64,000 nt of DNA, from contig CBDBHR010000010.1 of NCBI GenBank assembly GCA_965205865.1, positions 48,710-112,709 on the forward strand, written 5' to 3'. This DNA is from a bacterium. Lineage in GTDB: Bacteria > SAR324 > NAC60-12. The translations under genes were made by a program, and so were the position numbers. The first letter of the stretch is position 1. Each line of letters begins with the position of its first letter. Below are positions 32,841 to 42,906 of the stretch, piece after piece. Below the pieces are notes generated by a model. The model made no database searches. It saw only the letters and a list, made by a program, of their open reading frames with translations, and had not been told where the DNA came from.

Positions 32841-33601
32841 ATCTTTTTTGCTCTGCGAAAACGGTGGGTGTATCGGTGAGAGTACAATTGAGATTCCTCC
32901 CGCAGTTCCTCTCCCAAAACGGATCCCACAAGAATCATGGTACACAAGGCCCATTCCTGGACTTTGATTTCATTGAGAATGTTACCCAGAGTGCCACGAT
33001 GGACACGCTCTTCAGGCCATGTGGCTTTTTGAACCAGGGCAATAGGCGTGTTGCTGGCATAATGTTGACCGAGTTCTTTGACGATTTCCGGCAAACGGGG
33101 ACCAGAGAGAAAAATACACAAGGTGGCCTGGTGCGCAGCAAGCTTTGACAAACATTCCTCTTCAGGCACCGGGGAAGCTCTTCCTGAAATTCGTGTCAAG
33201 ATGACAGTCTGCGACATATACGGTTTGGTCAATTCCGTCTGTAAACAGGCTGCCGAAGCGGAAAAAGAAGAGACGCCCGGCACGATTTCAAAGGGGATCC
33301 GCAATTGACGCAATCGCTGAATTTGCTCAGCAATCGTTCCGTAGATTGTCGGATCTCCGGAATGCACACGGGCTACCTCCCAATCGTTTTGGCGGGCTTG
33401 TCGATAGTAAGCTTCCTGTTCTTCGAGGTTCAATAAAGCCGTATCGATCACTTTTGCAGCTTCTTGGCAATGCATGAGAATTTCCCGACTGACCAGAGAT
33501 CCCGCATACATCACCATTGGCGCTCTTTTGAGGATTTGGATGCCCCGCCAAGTAATCAGATCCGGAGCCCCGGGTCCTGCTCCTATAAAATAGACTTTCA
33601 T
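32837..33601 (-). CDS. cbiF: Precorrin-4 C11-methyltransferase CbiF/CobM
   Basis: FIGAGPGAPDLIT, YAGSLV, RVHSGDP, SQTVILTR. Confidence 0.93.
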   Translation of the reverse strand: MKVYFIGAGPGAPDLITWRGIQILKRAPMVMYAGSLVSREILMHCQEAAKVIDTALLNLEEQEAYYRQARQNDWEVARVHSGDPTIYGTIAEQIQRLRQLRIPFEIVPGVSSFSASAACLQTELTKPYMSQTVILTRISGRASPVPEEECLSKLAAHQATLCIFLSGPRLPEIVKELGQHYASNTPIALVQKATWPEERVHRGTLGNILNEIKVQEWALCTMILVGSVLGEELREESQLYSHRYTHRFRRAKKI

Positions 33602-34353
33602 AAATGCCGTTTTTCTCGTGGACGCTTGCGTATCAACATGGTGGATAAATAACCTGTTGCCTCTTCGGCATGTAATTGTGTCAGATCGTCACATAAAATC
33701 TCTTTTTCGAACCCCAAATGTCCGGCAAAGGCACAAAACAGTTCGATCTTCATGGATTGCAGGAGTTGCAATACCCGGGGAAGCCGTTTGCCGATTTTCA
33801 TGAGTACCACCACGTCATGGCTTTCAATGTCTTCCTGCAGACTTTCCATCGTTTCCGGGCAGGGTAGAATCAACAACCGTTCTTTTCCCTCACCCAAGGG
33901 CCAGTTCAGGGAAGCGGCAATGGCAGCAAAACTGGTAATTCCAGGGAAAGTATGGTGAGGAACGTCGGGAAGCGCATCCAGTAACGCTGAAATCGTATAA
34001 CCATAGGTGGAATAGGTCAGGGGATCCCCCAGGGTGAGATAGCCTACATTTTTTCCCTGCTTCAACTCCTTGGCGATCAGATTCGAGACTTGAAGGTAAT
34101 GCTCTCTAAGCACATCACGATTCGGGTCCATCTTGAAGGGAACTTCACGGAATTTTGCTTGGGGAATCTCGAGTCCTCTCAAACACCACCATGCTTTGGA
34201 AACCTCTTTGGAGTCGGCTCTTGGACAGAAAATAACATCACAATCATCTAGTGCTTGCAGAGCACGGACAGGCACAAGCCCCGCAGGTCCCGGTCCTACC
34301 CCAACCCCATAAAAGGTGCCCAGATGATTTTTAGTGTCGGAATAGTGCGTCAT
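33598..34353 (-). CDS. cbiL: Precorrin-2 C20-methyltransferase CbiL/CobI
   Basis: YGVGVGPG, LTLGDPLTYST, VLMK, YLST. Confidence 0.92.
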   Translation of the reverse strand: MTHYSDTKNHLGTFYGVGVGPGPAGLVPVRALQALDDCDVIFCPRADSKEVSKAWWCLRGLEIPQAKFREVPFKMDPNRDVLREHYLQVSNLIAKELKQGKNVGYLTLGDPLTYSTYGYTISALLDALPDVPHHTFPGITSFAAIAASLNWPLGEGKERLLILPCPETMESLQEDIESHDVVVLMKIGKRLPRVLQLLQSMKIELFCAFAGHLGFEKEILCDDLTQLHAEEATGYLSTMLIRKRPREKRHL

Positions 34354-34377
34354 GATTCGTAACAATTCAAGCAAGCA

Positions 34378-35523
34378 TTAAAGTGTTCCACGCAGTAGGG
34401 TTCGCTGCATGGCAATCAATCGCACTTGCACCTCTTGCGCGCGTTTTGTTTTTTTTTGAACAATCTCTGCGATTTGATTTTCCACCTCCTGCCAAAAAAG
34501 CATGGGGGACGTTTCTTTTTCCAGCAACCGGATGACCTGTTCCATGGAGGTCGATTGCCGGCATTTGTCAATCAGTAATGGTGCCATTCCGAAGTGTTTT
34601 GCTGCCCGGCATATCGCATACACGGCAGTCCTACTGGTTTTGGAATGAGTGTCCCATACCCGATCCAGCAATTTTGCCAATTTTCCGGGATGTCCAACCA
34701 GCCAGAGCCGGGGAAGCACGAAATCATATTCCACCAGGGTTTGGTTCAACGAATCAATGGAAAATCCGACAAAATTGGACATCTGTACGATGCGCTTAAG
34801 GGGGAATCCCAAATTCCGAGAAGCGAAACGCTGGCCAATATTTCCGGGAGTGAAGACAATCTCCCGGGGACGGTCGGCCATGGCAATCCGGATGTACAAT
34901 TCAATCGATGCCAGATAAGACGAGAGTGATTTGGGTTCGACAATGCCGGTAGTGCCGAGAATGGAAATTCCATCGACAATCCCCAAGCGAGCATTGTAAG
35001 TTTTTTTGGAAATTTCCGCTCCATTTTCACAGCCAATCTCGAGATCAAAGCCAACATCTCCCGAATACTCGACCTCATTCAGAATCTCATGGACGGCTGC
35101 AATCATCATTTGACGAGGGACGGGGTTGATCGCAGGTTCTCCGGGGGGGAAGGCAAATCCGGGTTCAGTGATCGTCCCTACTCCCATTCCTGCAATAAAC
35201 CGAATTTTTGCTTGATTATTGGCTCGAGCAATCGCAAAAATCTTTGCTCGATGCGTCACGTCGGGATCGTCTCCCGCGTCTTTCTCCACAGTGGCCCGCA
35301 CCCGACCCGGGTATTCCTCCAGGATGCTCAAAATGGGAATTATGATAAAATGAACACCGTCCACTAAATTGACCACGACCTCACAGCATTCCCTGCCTCC
35401 TACCAACTTGAGCAAAGCCGCTTTTACAGCAGCTGTCGCACAAGATCCGGTTGTCATTCCACGACGCAATCCGTTGGCTGCCGGTTCTTCAAAATCGAAA
35501 GGTTGTCGTGGCGGGAAGGTCAT
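34378..35523 (-). CDS. cbiD: Cobalt-precorrin-5B C1-methyltransferase CbiD
   Basis: LRRGMTTGSCATAA, KDAGDDPDVTH, GISILGTTGIV, GHPGKLAK. Confidence 0.95.
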   Translation of the reverse strand: MTFPPRQPFDFEEPAANGLRRGMTTGSCATAAVKAALLKLVGGRECCEVVVNLVDGVHFIIIPILSILEEYPGRVRATVEKDAGDDPDVTHRAKIFAIARANNQAKIRFIAGMGVGTITEPGFAFPPGEPAINPVPRQMMIAAVHEILNEVEYSGDVGFDLEIGCENGAEISKKTYNARLGIVDGISILGTTGIVEPKSLSSYLASIELYIRIAMADRPREIVFTPGNIGQRFASRNLGFPLKRIVQMSNFVGFSIDSLNQTLVEYDFVLPRLWLVGHPGKLAKLLDRVWDTHSKTSRTAVYAICRAAKHFGMAPLLIDKCRQSTSMEQVIRLLEKETSPMLFWQEVENQIAEIVQKKTKRAQEVQVRLIAMQRTLLRGTL

Positions 35524-37118
35524 GCCGATGCCAGACGATTGACAGCTCGAATCATGAGGGCATTCATCACAGATGCTGCCCAAGGGGAACCCCCACGGTT
35601 ACTGGTGTTGGTGATGTGAGGGACCATTTGGCATTGATTCAGTACTGCCTTGCATTCCCGGGTTCCGACAAACCCAACTGGCAAGCCAATGATCAAGTGG
35701 GGACGCCAGTTTTGCTCATTGACAAGTCGCACTGCTTCCTTAACAGCAGTCGGCGCATCGCCAATAGCAAGCAACACATTGTCTCCCCATCGCTCCCAGG
35801 CACGTCGGATCCCTGCCGCAGACCGTGTGATCCCTCTTGCTTCTGAAAGCAATCGTGTATCTTCTTCATGCACTCCACAGAACGCCTCAATTGCCAACTG
35901 GGAGATTAAATTCCTTTTCAATCCGCTCTGCACCATGGTCACGTCAGTAATGACATTGCTGCCGGAAATCAATGCTTGCACCGCCACTTCGACGGCATTT
36001 GCAGAAATCCTCACGTCGTCCACGATTGAAAAATCACCACTGGCGTAAACCAGTCTCTGCAAGATTGGGATATGCGATTGCGAGAACCGGGACCAATCCA
36101 ATCCCTGTTCAATGATTCTGAAACTTTCAGCCTCTAATGGATGTTGTTGATACATTTCTGGTTTTTGTCCTGTCTTCCTTGCTTGCCCGCGTAAGGGAGG
36201 ATGGGGGTCCTGGTGAGAGTGAGGGTGGTGATGAGCCTCTTGCATTCCCCGCACATGGAAATGATGGGCTCGCTGCTCGGTCCCTACTTCGTCTTCAAAA
36301 CCGACAATTTGCGCACGGTATTTGCACAGACTACAATTCATTACTGCCCGTCCTTCGATTCCTTCCTGCGCTTTTTCCATCCAGACATCTGCCACATGTG
36401 GGTGCGCCCCAAGATAGTGCGCTTTCAGAATTTCAACTTCCGGATGACGCTCACTGACAGCATCCGCTACCTGATAAATCCGTTTGACCAGGATCCCTGT
36501 GAATAAAAAATATGGAATGACGATCAATCGTTTGAATCCCATACAGGCAGCAAATTCAATCCCTTCGGCGACGAGAGGTTTTGCCGTTCCTGAATAACAG
36601 ACATAGGATCCTCCAAATCCCATCCCCTCCTCCATCATCCGTGCCAATTTGCTTACATTTGAATTGATATCCGGATCCGTCGTCCCTCGCCCGACCACTA
36701 CCAGCAAAGTTTCAGAGCGTTTTGAGAGCAGGGAGGAATTTTCCTCTGCCCGAACAATCCTTTCCCGGAAAAGTTTCAGTAGCAAGGGATGGAGTTCCAT
36801 AGCTCCCCCATACTGGAATTCGATTTGCGGAAATTCTTGCTTCATGGCCAGTAATTCGATGGGCATATCATTTTTGCCATGACTGGCGGCAAATAAGATG
36901 GCCGGGATCATTACGATACGCGTCGAGCCTTGCTGGATATTTTGCCGAATGGCGGTATTGATGGTGGGTGTCGCAAATTCTAAAAAACCATGGGTGATGA
37001 TTTGCTGGGGGTGAGTCTTTTTCAGCAATGAGATGGCTGTTTCAAATTCTTGCGTACCAGCAGCGTCCCGACTGCCATGACCGGCGACAACGATGCCATA
37101 ACTGGTTGTTTTTGACAT
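35520..37118 (-). CDS. cbiX: Fused sirohydrochlorin cobaltochelatase CbiX / precorrin-8X methylmutase CbiC
   Basis: GHGSRD, HGKNDMP, MNCSLCKYR, His-rich linker, then ESFRII, IGDAPTA, GLPVGFV, RGGS. Confidence 0.9.
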   Translation of the reverse strand: MSKTTSYGIVVAGHGSRDAAGTQEFETAISLLKKTHPQQIITHGFLEFATPTINTAIRQNIQQGSTRIVMIPAILFAASHGKNDMPIELLAMKQEFPQIEFQYGGAMELHPLLLKLFRERIVRAEENSSLLSKRSETLLVVVGRGTTDPDINSNVSKLARMMEEGMGFGGSYVCYSGTAKPLVAEGIEFAACMGFKRLIVIPYFLFTGILVKRIYQVADAVSERHPEVEILKAHYLGAHPHVADVWMEKAQEGIEGRAVMNCSLCKYRAQIVGFEDEVGTEQRAHHFHVRGMQEAHHHPHSHQDPHPPLRGQARKTGQKPEMYQQHPLEAESFRIIEQGLDWSRFSQSHIPILQRLVYASGDFSIVDDVRISANAVEVAVQALISGSNVITDVTMVQSGLKRNLISQLAIEAFCGVHEEDTRLLSEARGITRSAAGIRRAWERWGDNVLLAIGDAPTAVKEAVRLVNEQNWRPHLIIGLPVGFVGTRECKAVLNQCQMVPHITNTSNRGGSPWAASVMNALMIRAVNRLASA

Positions 37119-37379
37119 GAGAACGTCCGTTGCTGATATTTACAGGGAAGATTTATAGGAGTAGTATGGAAGTATGAGCTACACTGGTGGTTTGATTCGT
37201 TAATCTCTTTCTAACTAAGAATAATTGGAGAACAAACCCTTTTCAAGGTAAAAAGCAAAGGGCTTGGTTTACAAATAAATTGTCTCTTGATCATCGATAT
37301 GGTAAATTTGACGAAATGAATGGACTCCGAGTCGAGAACAATGGATCCGAAATCACCTGTGGAGTAGGAGTGAAGTCTT

Positions 37380-38477
37380 ATGGAAAAAAAAAACAAGGAA
37401 ACTAAAAACGGTCTCGCGCATCGCATATTTTCCACCAACTGGATCCTGATCGCCCTCTTAGTCCTGATGGGGTATTGGATTTTCTTTGGAGGGAATAAAA
37501 GGTTTGACCAATCCTTTTCTTTCCAGCCTCGCAGATCGATTGTGGGAATGAGTGATTCCCTCAATGCAGATGCAATTGCAAAATTAGGGGTGGATTTGAC
37601 AGAAAATCTGGATCCCAAATTGATCCCCTCCCTTGTCGAGCAGGCGATGAAAGAAACGGTGGAGTCCGGAGTCAGAGAACAAGAATTTGTCCGGACGCTG
37701 GTCACTCGAGTTTCCAATAAAATTCGAGATATCAGCACCATTGATTTGAACAACGATAGCATTGCGGACCCGATTCTGGTGGTGCCTCAAAACATTGCGG
37801 AAGGCGGGGAAAATCTTCAACTTTCCATTCGGGTACCGGATCCTGCTGAAGTGGGCGCTTTTCCTCGAGGCAGTGATCAGAAAGCCTGGCTGGATATCGC
37901 AGAAAACAAGTCGATCGAAGTAATGACGGCAACTGCTATCAAAGAAAATGACCAGAATATGGTCATTCAATCCGCCCCCAATCCCCAAGTTTATAGCACC
38001 CATCCTCCCTATTATCACCATAGCGCCAGTCTTAGCAATGTGTTATTGACTTCCATGATGCTCAGTTGGATGTTCTCTCCGGCATATTATGGCCCGGGTT
38101 TTGGATCTGGTTATTACGGGGGATCTCCCCGGACAACGACCGTCATCCGGCAAAACCGGGCGGGCAACATCAGCAATTTGCGAACGGCGAGAGGTTCTTC
38201 TGCTGCAGCAGTCAATTCCAAAGGACAATCGATTGCCTCCAATAAATTCAAGAACGTCCCCCCCAAATCGCTCAATCAAATCAAGACCACCCAATTCCGG
38301 TCCGGAAGTGGTCAACGCGTTTCCCGTGCTGGCGGGTTTGGTAGATCTTCTGCCGTTCGCGGCGCTCCTTCTTCCAGAAGCACCTTCCGTTCCAGTTTGT
38401 CACAGCGCCGCAGTTCTAGCAGTTTTGGACGCAGAGGATTCCGCCGCAGTTTTGGTGGATTCGGTCGCAGACGCTGA
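37380..38477 (+). CDS. Membrane-anchored hypothetical protein with Arg/Ser/Gly-rich C-terminal tail
   Basis: N-terminal TM helix, DLNNDSIAD loop, RGFRRSFGGFGRRR end; GGAG RBS. Confidence 0.8.
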   Translation: MEKKNKETKNGLAHRIFSTNWILIALLVLMGYWIFFGGNKRFDQSFSFQPRRSIVGMSDSLNADAIAKLGVDLTENLDPKLIPSLVEQAMKETVESGVREQEFVRTLVTRVSNKIRDISTIDLNNDSIADPILVVPQNIAEGGENLQLSIRVPDPAEVGAFPRGSDQKAWLDIAENKSIEVMTATAIKENDQNMVIQSAPNPQVYSTHPPYYHHSASLSNVLLTSMMLSWMFSPAYYGPGFGSGYYGGSPRTTTVIRQNRAGNISNLRTARGSSAAAVNSKGQSIASNKFKNVPPKSLNQIKTTQFRSGSGQRVSRAGGFGRSSAVRGAPSSRSTFRSSLSQRRSSSSFGRRGFRRSFGGFGRRR

Positions 38478-38547
38478 CAAATTTTCACTGAAGAATGGGA
38501 TTCATAGCAAATTTCCCCAAATGTTTTTGGGGAAACCCCTGCCTTGT

Positions 38548-41500
38548 TTATAATGTTTTCGAAACCTCTTTTATCTCCACGGGAGCAGGTTCTGATTTTG
38601 GGAACAGTTTTCGGAAAGGAACCAGGATGTCTTCCAGAATGAAATAGAGAGAGGGAATGAGTAGCAGGGTGACGAAGGTGGCCATCATCACGCCAAATCC
38701 CAGGCTGATCGCCATCGGGATGAGAAAACGGGCTTGCAGTGAAGTCTCGGTGATCATAGGCAGGAGGCCAAAGAAAGTGGTGAGGGAGGTGAGAATGATC
38801 GGACGGAAGCGTCGTGCGCCCCCTTGCAAAATAGCGTCTTTCAAAGTTGCTCCCCGCCGACGGGCATTGTTGATGAAGTCCACCAAAATCAGCGAATCAT
38901 TGACCACAATTCCCGACAAAGCGACAATCCCGAGCAGACTGACCAAGCTCAATTGATATCCCATAATCCAATGCCCGACAAAAGCGCCAATGACGCCAAA
39001 AGGAATTGCCGACATCACTACCAAAGGCTGAAAATAACTACGGAATTGCAATGCCAATAAGCAGAAAATTCCAAACAAAGCAAATATGGCGCCTTGGCTC
39101 AAGCTGTTCATAGAATATGCGCGGCTGCGATTTCGTCCGGCAAAAGAATACTCCAGTGCCGGATAGTCATTTGCCAATTCCGGTAACACTTCGTTGTCGA
39201 GATTGGCTTCGATTTGACGGGTATTGGCAATTGTATGGTCGACTTTCGCCGTGATATCCACAATCCGTTTACTATCCTCTCGATTGATTTGGCTGTAGGA
39301 GTATCCATATTCGATATAGGCCACTTCGGAAAGAAGAATCTCTCCACCTGATGGGGTTTTGACCACCATTTCATCCAAATTTTGGCGATATTGTCGTTCT
39401 TCCCGCGGGAAACGCAGCATCACCTTCACTTCATCACTACCCCGTTGCAAACTCAACACTTCGGTTCCCTGAAATGCGGCACGGACTTGTTGGGTCAATC
39501 CCAGAGTGGTCATGCCCATCGCATTGCCTTCCGGTCGAAGCCGGAGTTGGATTTCCGGTTTACCTTCGGCGTCACTGTCCTCGATATCGCTGACACCAGG
39601 GTATAGTGCCAAAGTGTTTTTCAATCGCTCTAGGGCCTGGGTCAAGGTATTATAGTCGGGATGGACCAAACGAACATTCAAATCCGAACCGGCGCCCGGA
39701 CCAATGCTGAAACGCACTGTTACGGCTTCAGCACCCGGAATGCCTCCCACTCGACTTCTCCATTTCATGGCAAATTCCCCGGCAGAAAACCCACGCGCGT
39801 CCAAAGGCTGGAGAAAAACTCTGGCGTTGGTAAGGTGAGTGCCCCGATTGCCGCGTCCACCATGACCACCAAGCGTGCTAAAAATACCTCGCGATGTGGG
39901 ATGGCCCTGCTGCCGGTCATATTCAGCAATGAGGCTCTGTGCTTCTTTGACCAGTTTTTCCTGCGCTTGTCGGGTGATGTGAAGTGGTGTACCAAAGGGC
40001 ATGGTGACGGAAGCAATCACCCGATCTCCTTCGATCCTGGGCATAAATGTGTATTTCAGATGTCCCGCCGCTACCGCTCCGCCTCCCACAACGAGCATGA
40101 AAACTCCAATGGCCAGAGTTGTGTAACGATATTCGATGGCCAGGTTGAGCAATTTGCGATAAGGTCCATGGATGGCTTTCTCCATTCCCAGGCTGGGATA
40201 GGCTTTGATCTTTTCCAGTTTGCCCAACAATCCTTTATGCTTCCTGAATTTATTGGAATGGGCCAAGTGAGCAGGCAGGATATAAAGGCACTCCAGCAAA
40301 GAGACCACGAGAACTATGACTACGATGATCGGAATCGCTTTCATGAATTTTCCCATTGTCCCTGCAATGAAAAAGAAAGGCATAAAAGCAACAATCGAAG
40401 TCAAGATTGCAAACAAGACCGGCCCACCTATCTCTAGTGTCCCTTCCACGGAGGCCCTTAATTTGGATTTCCCCATTTCTTGGTGGGCATAAATATTTTC
40501 TCCCACCACAATGGCATCATCCACCACGATCCCCAGCACCAGGATAAAGGCAAATAGTGACATCATGTTGATACTCGTATCGGCAGCTGGCATGAGAAGG
40601 AACGCCCCCATGAAGGAAATGGGAATTCCCATACTGATCCAAAAGGCCAATTTTGATTCCAGAAACAATGCCAGAAGCAACAACACCAGCCCCAGCCCCA
40701 GTGCCGCGTTTTTCACCAGCAGGTTGATCCGGTCTTCCAATGCCAGGGAACTGTCATCCATGATTTCTATTTCAACACCAGGAGGGAAGCGGTCCTTGAT
40801 ATCAGCCAGACTGATGCGCGCCGTTTCTGAGATTTCAGTGGGCGTCTGATTTCCCACCCGATAGATTTCTATGAGGATAGAAGGCATCCCATTGTACGTA
40901 GAAACGGTGTCGACTTCTTCAAAACTATCTTTGACGGTGCCAATATCTTCCAGCAGAACTTCGCCGTCTTCTGTGGAAAGGATTGGAATCCTGGCATACT
41001 CTGCTGCCGTGTAACGCCGCTCCTTGGTGCGAATCAAGACATCCCCACCCGAAGTTTTCAGCGTTCCACCCGGCAAATCCAGAGTCGAGACCCGAATCGT
41101 ATTGGCCACTTGCTGCATGGTCAGTCCATAACGCCGCAACTGTGTTTGTGGGATCTCGATGGAGATTTCGTGATCCCGTATACCGATAACATCCACCTGG
41201 GTGATTTTTTCTTTGCTCAACAGATCGTTTTTGACGCTTTCTGCCAGATCAATCAAGGCTAGTTCGCTAATATTTCCAAACAATACGAGTTGCATCACTT
41301 CTCGTCGACGTCGAATCATGTTGACGAGCGGGGTTTCCGAATCTTCGGGGAAAGAAGATATATTGGAAACAGCTGTTTTAACCTCCTCCAAAACACGTGG
41401 ATTGTCGCTTCCTTCCTCCAGTTCTATTCTGAAACGCCCCGACCCTTCATTTGCATATGCCCTCACGTTTTTGATATCAACAATGCCTTTCAATGCTTCT

Positions 41501-41703
41501 TCAACTGGAATCAGGATGCTTTCTTCAATATCTGCAGGAGTGGCTCCGCCATAGGGAATTGCGATGTTGATGATATCCAGTTCAAACTCGGGGAATACTT
41601 CCTGTTTGATCGAATTCAAATTGATAAATCCGCCAATCAGGCAAACAAACATCAACAAATTGGCCGCCACCGGATTTTTGGCCATCCATTCAACTAATTT
41701 CAT
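38548..41703 (-). CDS. RND efflux transporter permease (AcrB/CzcA family)
   Basis: 1051 aa; GIVVDDAIVVGENI, RFRPIILTSLTT. Confidence 0.95.
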   Translation of the reverse strand: MKLVEWMAKNPVAANLLMFVCLIGGFINLNSIKQEVFPEFELDIINIAIPYGGATPADIEESILIPVEEALKGIVDIKNVRAYANEGSGRFRIELEEGSDNPRVLEEVKTAVSNISSFPEDSETPLVNMIRRRREVMQLVLFGNISELALIDLAESVKNDLLSKEKITQVDVIGIRDHEISIEIPQTQLRRYGLTMQQVANTIRVSTLDLPGGTLKTSGGDVLIRTKERRYTAAEYARIPILSTEDGEVLLEDIGTVKDSFEEVDTVSTYNGMPSILIEIYRVGNQTPTEISETARISLADIKDRFPPGVEIEIMDDSSLALEDRINLLVKNAALGLGLVLLLLALFLESKLAFWISMGIPISFMGAFLLMPAADTSINMMSLFAFILVLGIVVDDAIVVGENIYAHQEMGKSKLRASVEGTLEIGGPVLFAILTSIVAFMPFFFIAGTMGKFMKAIPIIVVIVLVVSLLECLYILPAHLAHSNKFRKHKGLLGKLEKIKAYPSLGMEKAIHGPYRKLLNLAIEYRYTTLAIGVFMLVVGGGAVAAGHLKYTFMPRIEGDRVIASVTMPFGTPLHITRQAQEKLVKEAQSLIAEYDRQQGHPTSRGIFSTLGGHGGRGNRGTHLTNARVFLQPLDARGFSAGEFAMKWRSRVGGIPGAEAVTVRFSIGPGAGSDLNVRLVHPDYNTLTQALERLKNTLALYPGVSDIEDSDAEGKPEIQLRLRPEGNAMGMTTLGLTQQVRAAFQGTEVLSLQRGSDEVKVMLRFPREERQYRQNLDEMVVKTPSGGEILLSEVAYIEYGYSYSQINREDSKRIVDITAKVDHTIANTRQIEANLDNEVLPELANDYPALEYSFAGRNRSRAYSMNSLSQGAIFALFGIFCLLALQFRSYFQPLVVMSAIPFGVIGAFVGHWIMGYQLSLVSLLGIVALSGIVVNDSLILVDFINNARRRGATLKDAILQGGARRFRPIILTSLTTFFGLLPMITETSLQARFLIPMAISLGFGVMMATFVTLLLIPSLYFILEDILVPFRKLFPKSEPAPVEIKEVSKTL

Positions 41704-41730
41704 AAATCCTCCGGGAAAACGAGTGAATCA

Positions 41731-42906
41731 TTATTTTGATTTTGTTTGATCATCTGTTGTCGACGTTTTTTGTAATGAGCCTCTACCCTCCTCAGCGTCT
41801 TTTCTAAAAGGTTTTTTGCCTTGTAACCGTTTTTTTCCGTCAACCTCTGACGGATTCCTTTGTCTGCCAAGCCCTTGATTTTCAAGAGGTTGTCCTTTTT
41901 TTCCAGCCACTCTCAATTTCAAACCCGGGACAGCGCCTTTCAAAGGAGAAATAATCAGTTTTTCACCTGCTCGTATTCCATTGGAAATAAAAACCTCATC
42001 TTTCTGAATGTATGCTATCGCCACAGGCCTAATCTCCAACAAACCTTCTTTTTCCAGAAAAACGGTGTTTTGATCCCGCAGAGCATGGGCTGGAATGATG
42101 AAAACATTTCGCAAGGTTTGTGCTGGAATAGCAACCTCCACAAATGCGCCAATGAACAGAGAAATTGGAGGATTATCATGCTGGTAAGGGGCTTTTAACT
42201 GAAATGGATCCTGAATTTCAATCAAGAGTTGGGCCATGCCGCCTTTTGACGTCAGTTCCGGTAAGTTATGTTGCACGATCCCATTCCAGACTTGATTGCG
42301 ATTCCCATAGCTAAACAGGACTTCTGCCGGAATGTTGAATTGATTGGAAATTCCTTGCAAGGGAAGCCGTGCCATTTCACGCAAGGGAAGATCGACTTTC
42401 ACTTGTGCCGTATCACTACCAATCAAGGTAGCAATGGCAAATCCAGGGGAGACATATTGATCGCCGGAAACATCCAATGCCTGCACTATCCCATTGAATG
42501 GCGCTTCCACTTCCGTGTAAGTCGTATTCACTCCTGCTGCCGGTTTGATGCCGAGGAGGACCTCTTCTGCGCGTATGTATCCTCCTTCGACCAGCGAAGG
42601 GCTGATGTAATCGACAATCCCTGCAATGGGTGGGGTAAGAACAACCCGTTCTTTCGCGCGAACAATGCCATGAGTTTGGATTTGGATTTTTCGGGTTTCT
42701 TGCTCAAGAGTGCTGACTTCGACTAAAATTCCTGAAAAAGAGCTTCTTCGAGGAGTGATTTGGGGTTTGGTTGCATCAAAATATTTCCAGACTGCCCCTC
42801 CTAGTACAAGAATGACTACAGGGAGAACGATCTTGAGCAGGATTCCTACTGATTTCGACATGGACCTCTTTGATGTGATTTCCTCGTTTACAAAGATCTC
42901 AGGCAA
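41731..42906 (-). CDS. RND periplasmic adaptor (membrane fusion protein)
   Basis: N-terminal TM, APFNG lipoyl motif, directly upstream of the permease; alpha-hairpin nearly absent. Confidence 0.88.
   Translation of the reverse strand: MPEIFVNEEITSKRSMSKSVGILLKIVLPVVILVLGGAVWKYFDATKPQITPRRSSFSGILVEVSTLEQETRKIQIQTHGIVRAKERVVLTPPIAGIVDYISPSLVEGGYIRAEEVLLGIKPAAGVNTTYTEVEAPFNGIVQALDVSGDQYVSPGFAIATLIGSDTAQVKVDLPLREMARLPLQGISNQFNIPAEVLFSYGNRNQVWNGIVQHNLPELTSKGGMAQLLIEIQDPFQLKAPYQHDNPPISLFIGAFVEVAIPAQTLRNVFIIPAHALRDQNTVFLEKEGLLEIRPVAIAYIQKDEVFISNGIRAGEKLIISPLKGAVPGLKLRVAGKKGQPLENQGLGRQRNPSEVDGKKRLQGKKPFRKDAEEGRGSLQKTSTTDDQTKSK

Noticed and set aside
37119-37379. Cobalamin riboswitch upstream of the cbi operon
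   Set aside because: No B12-box or GGGAA/GCCACTG core recognised by eye
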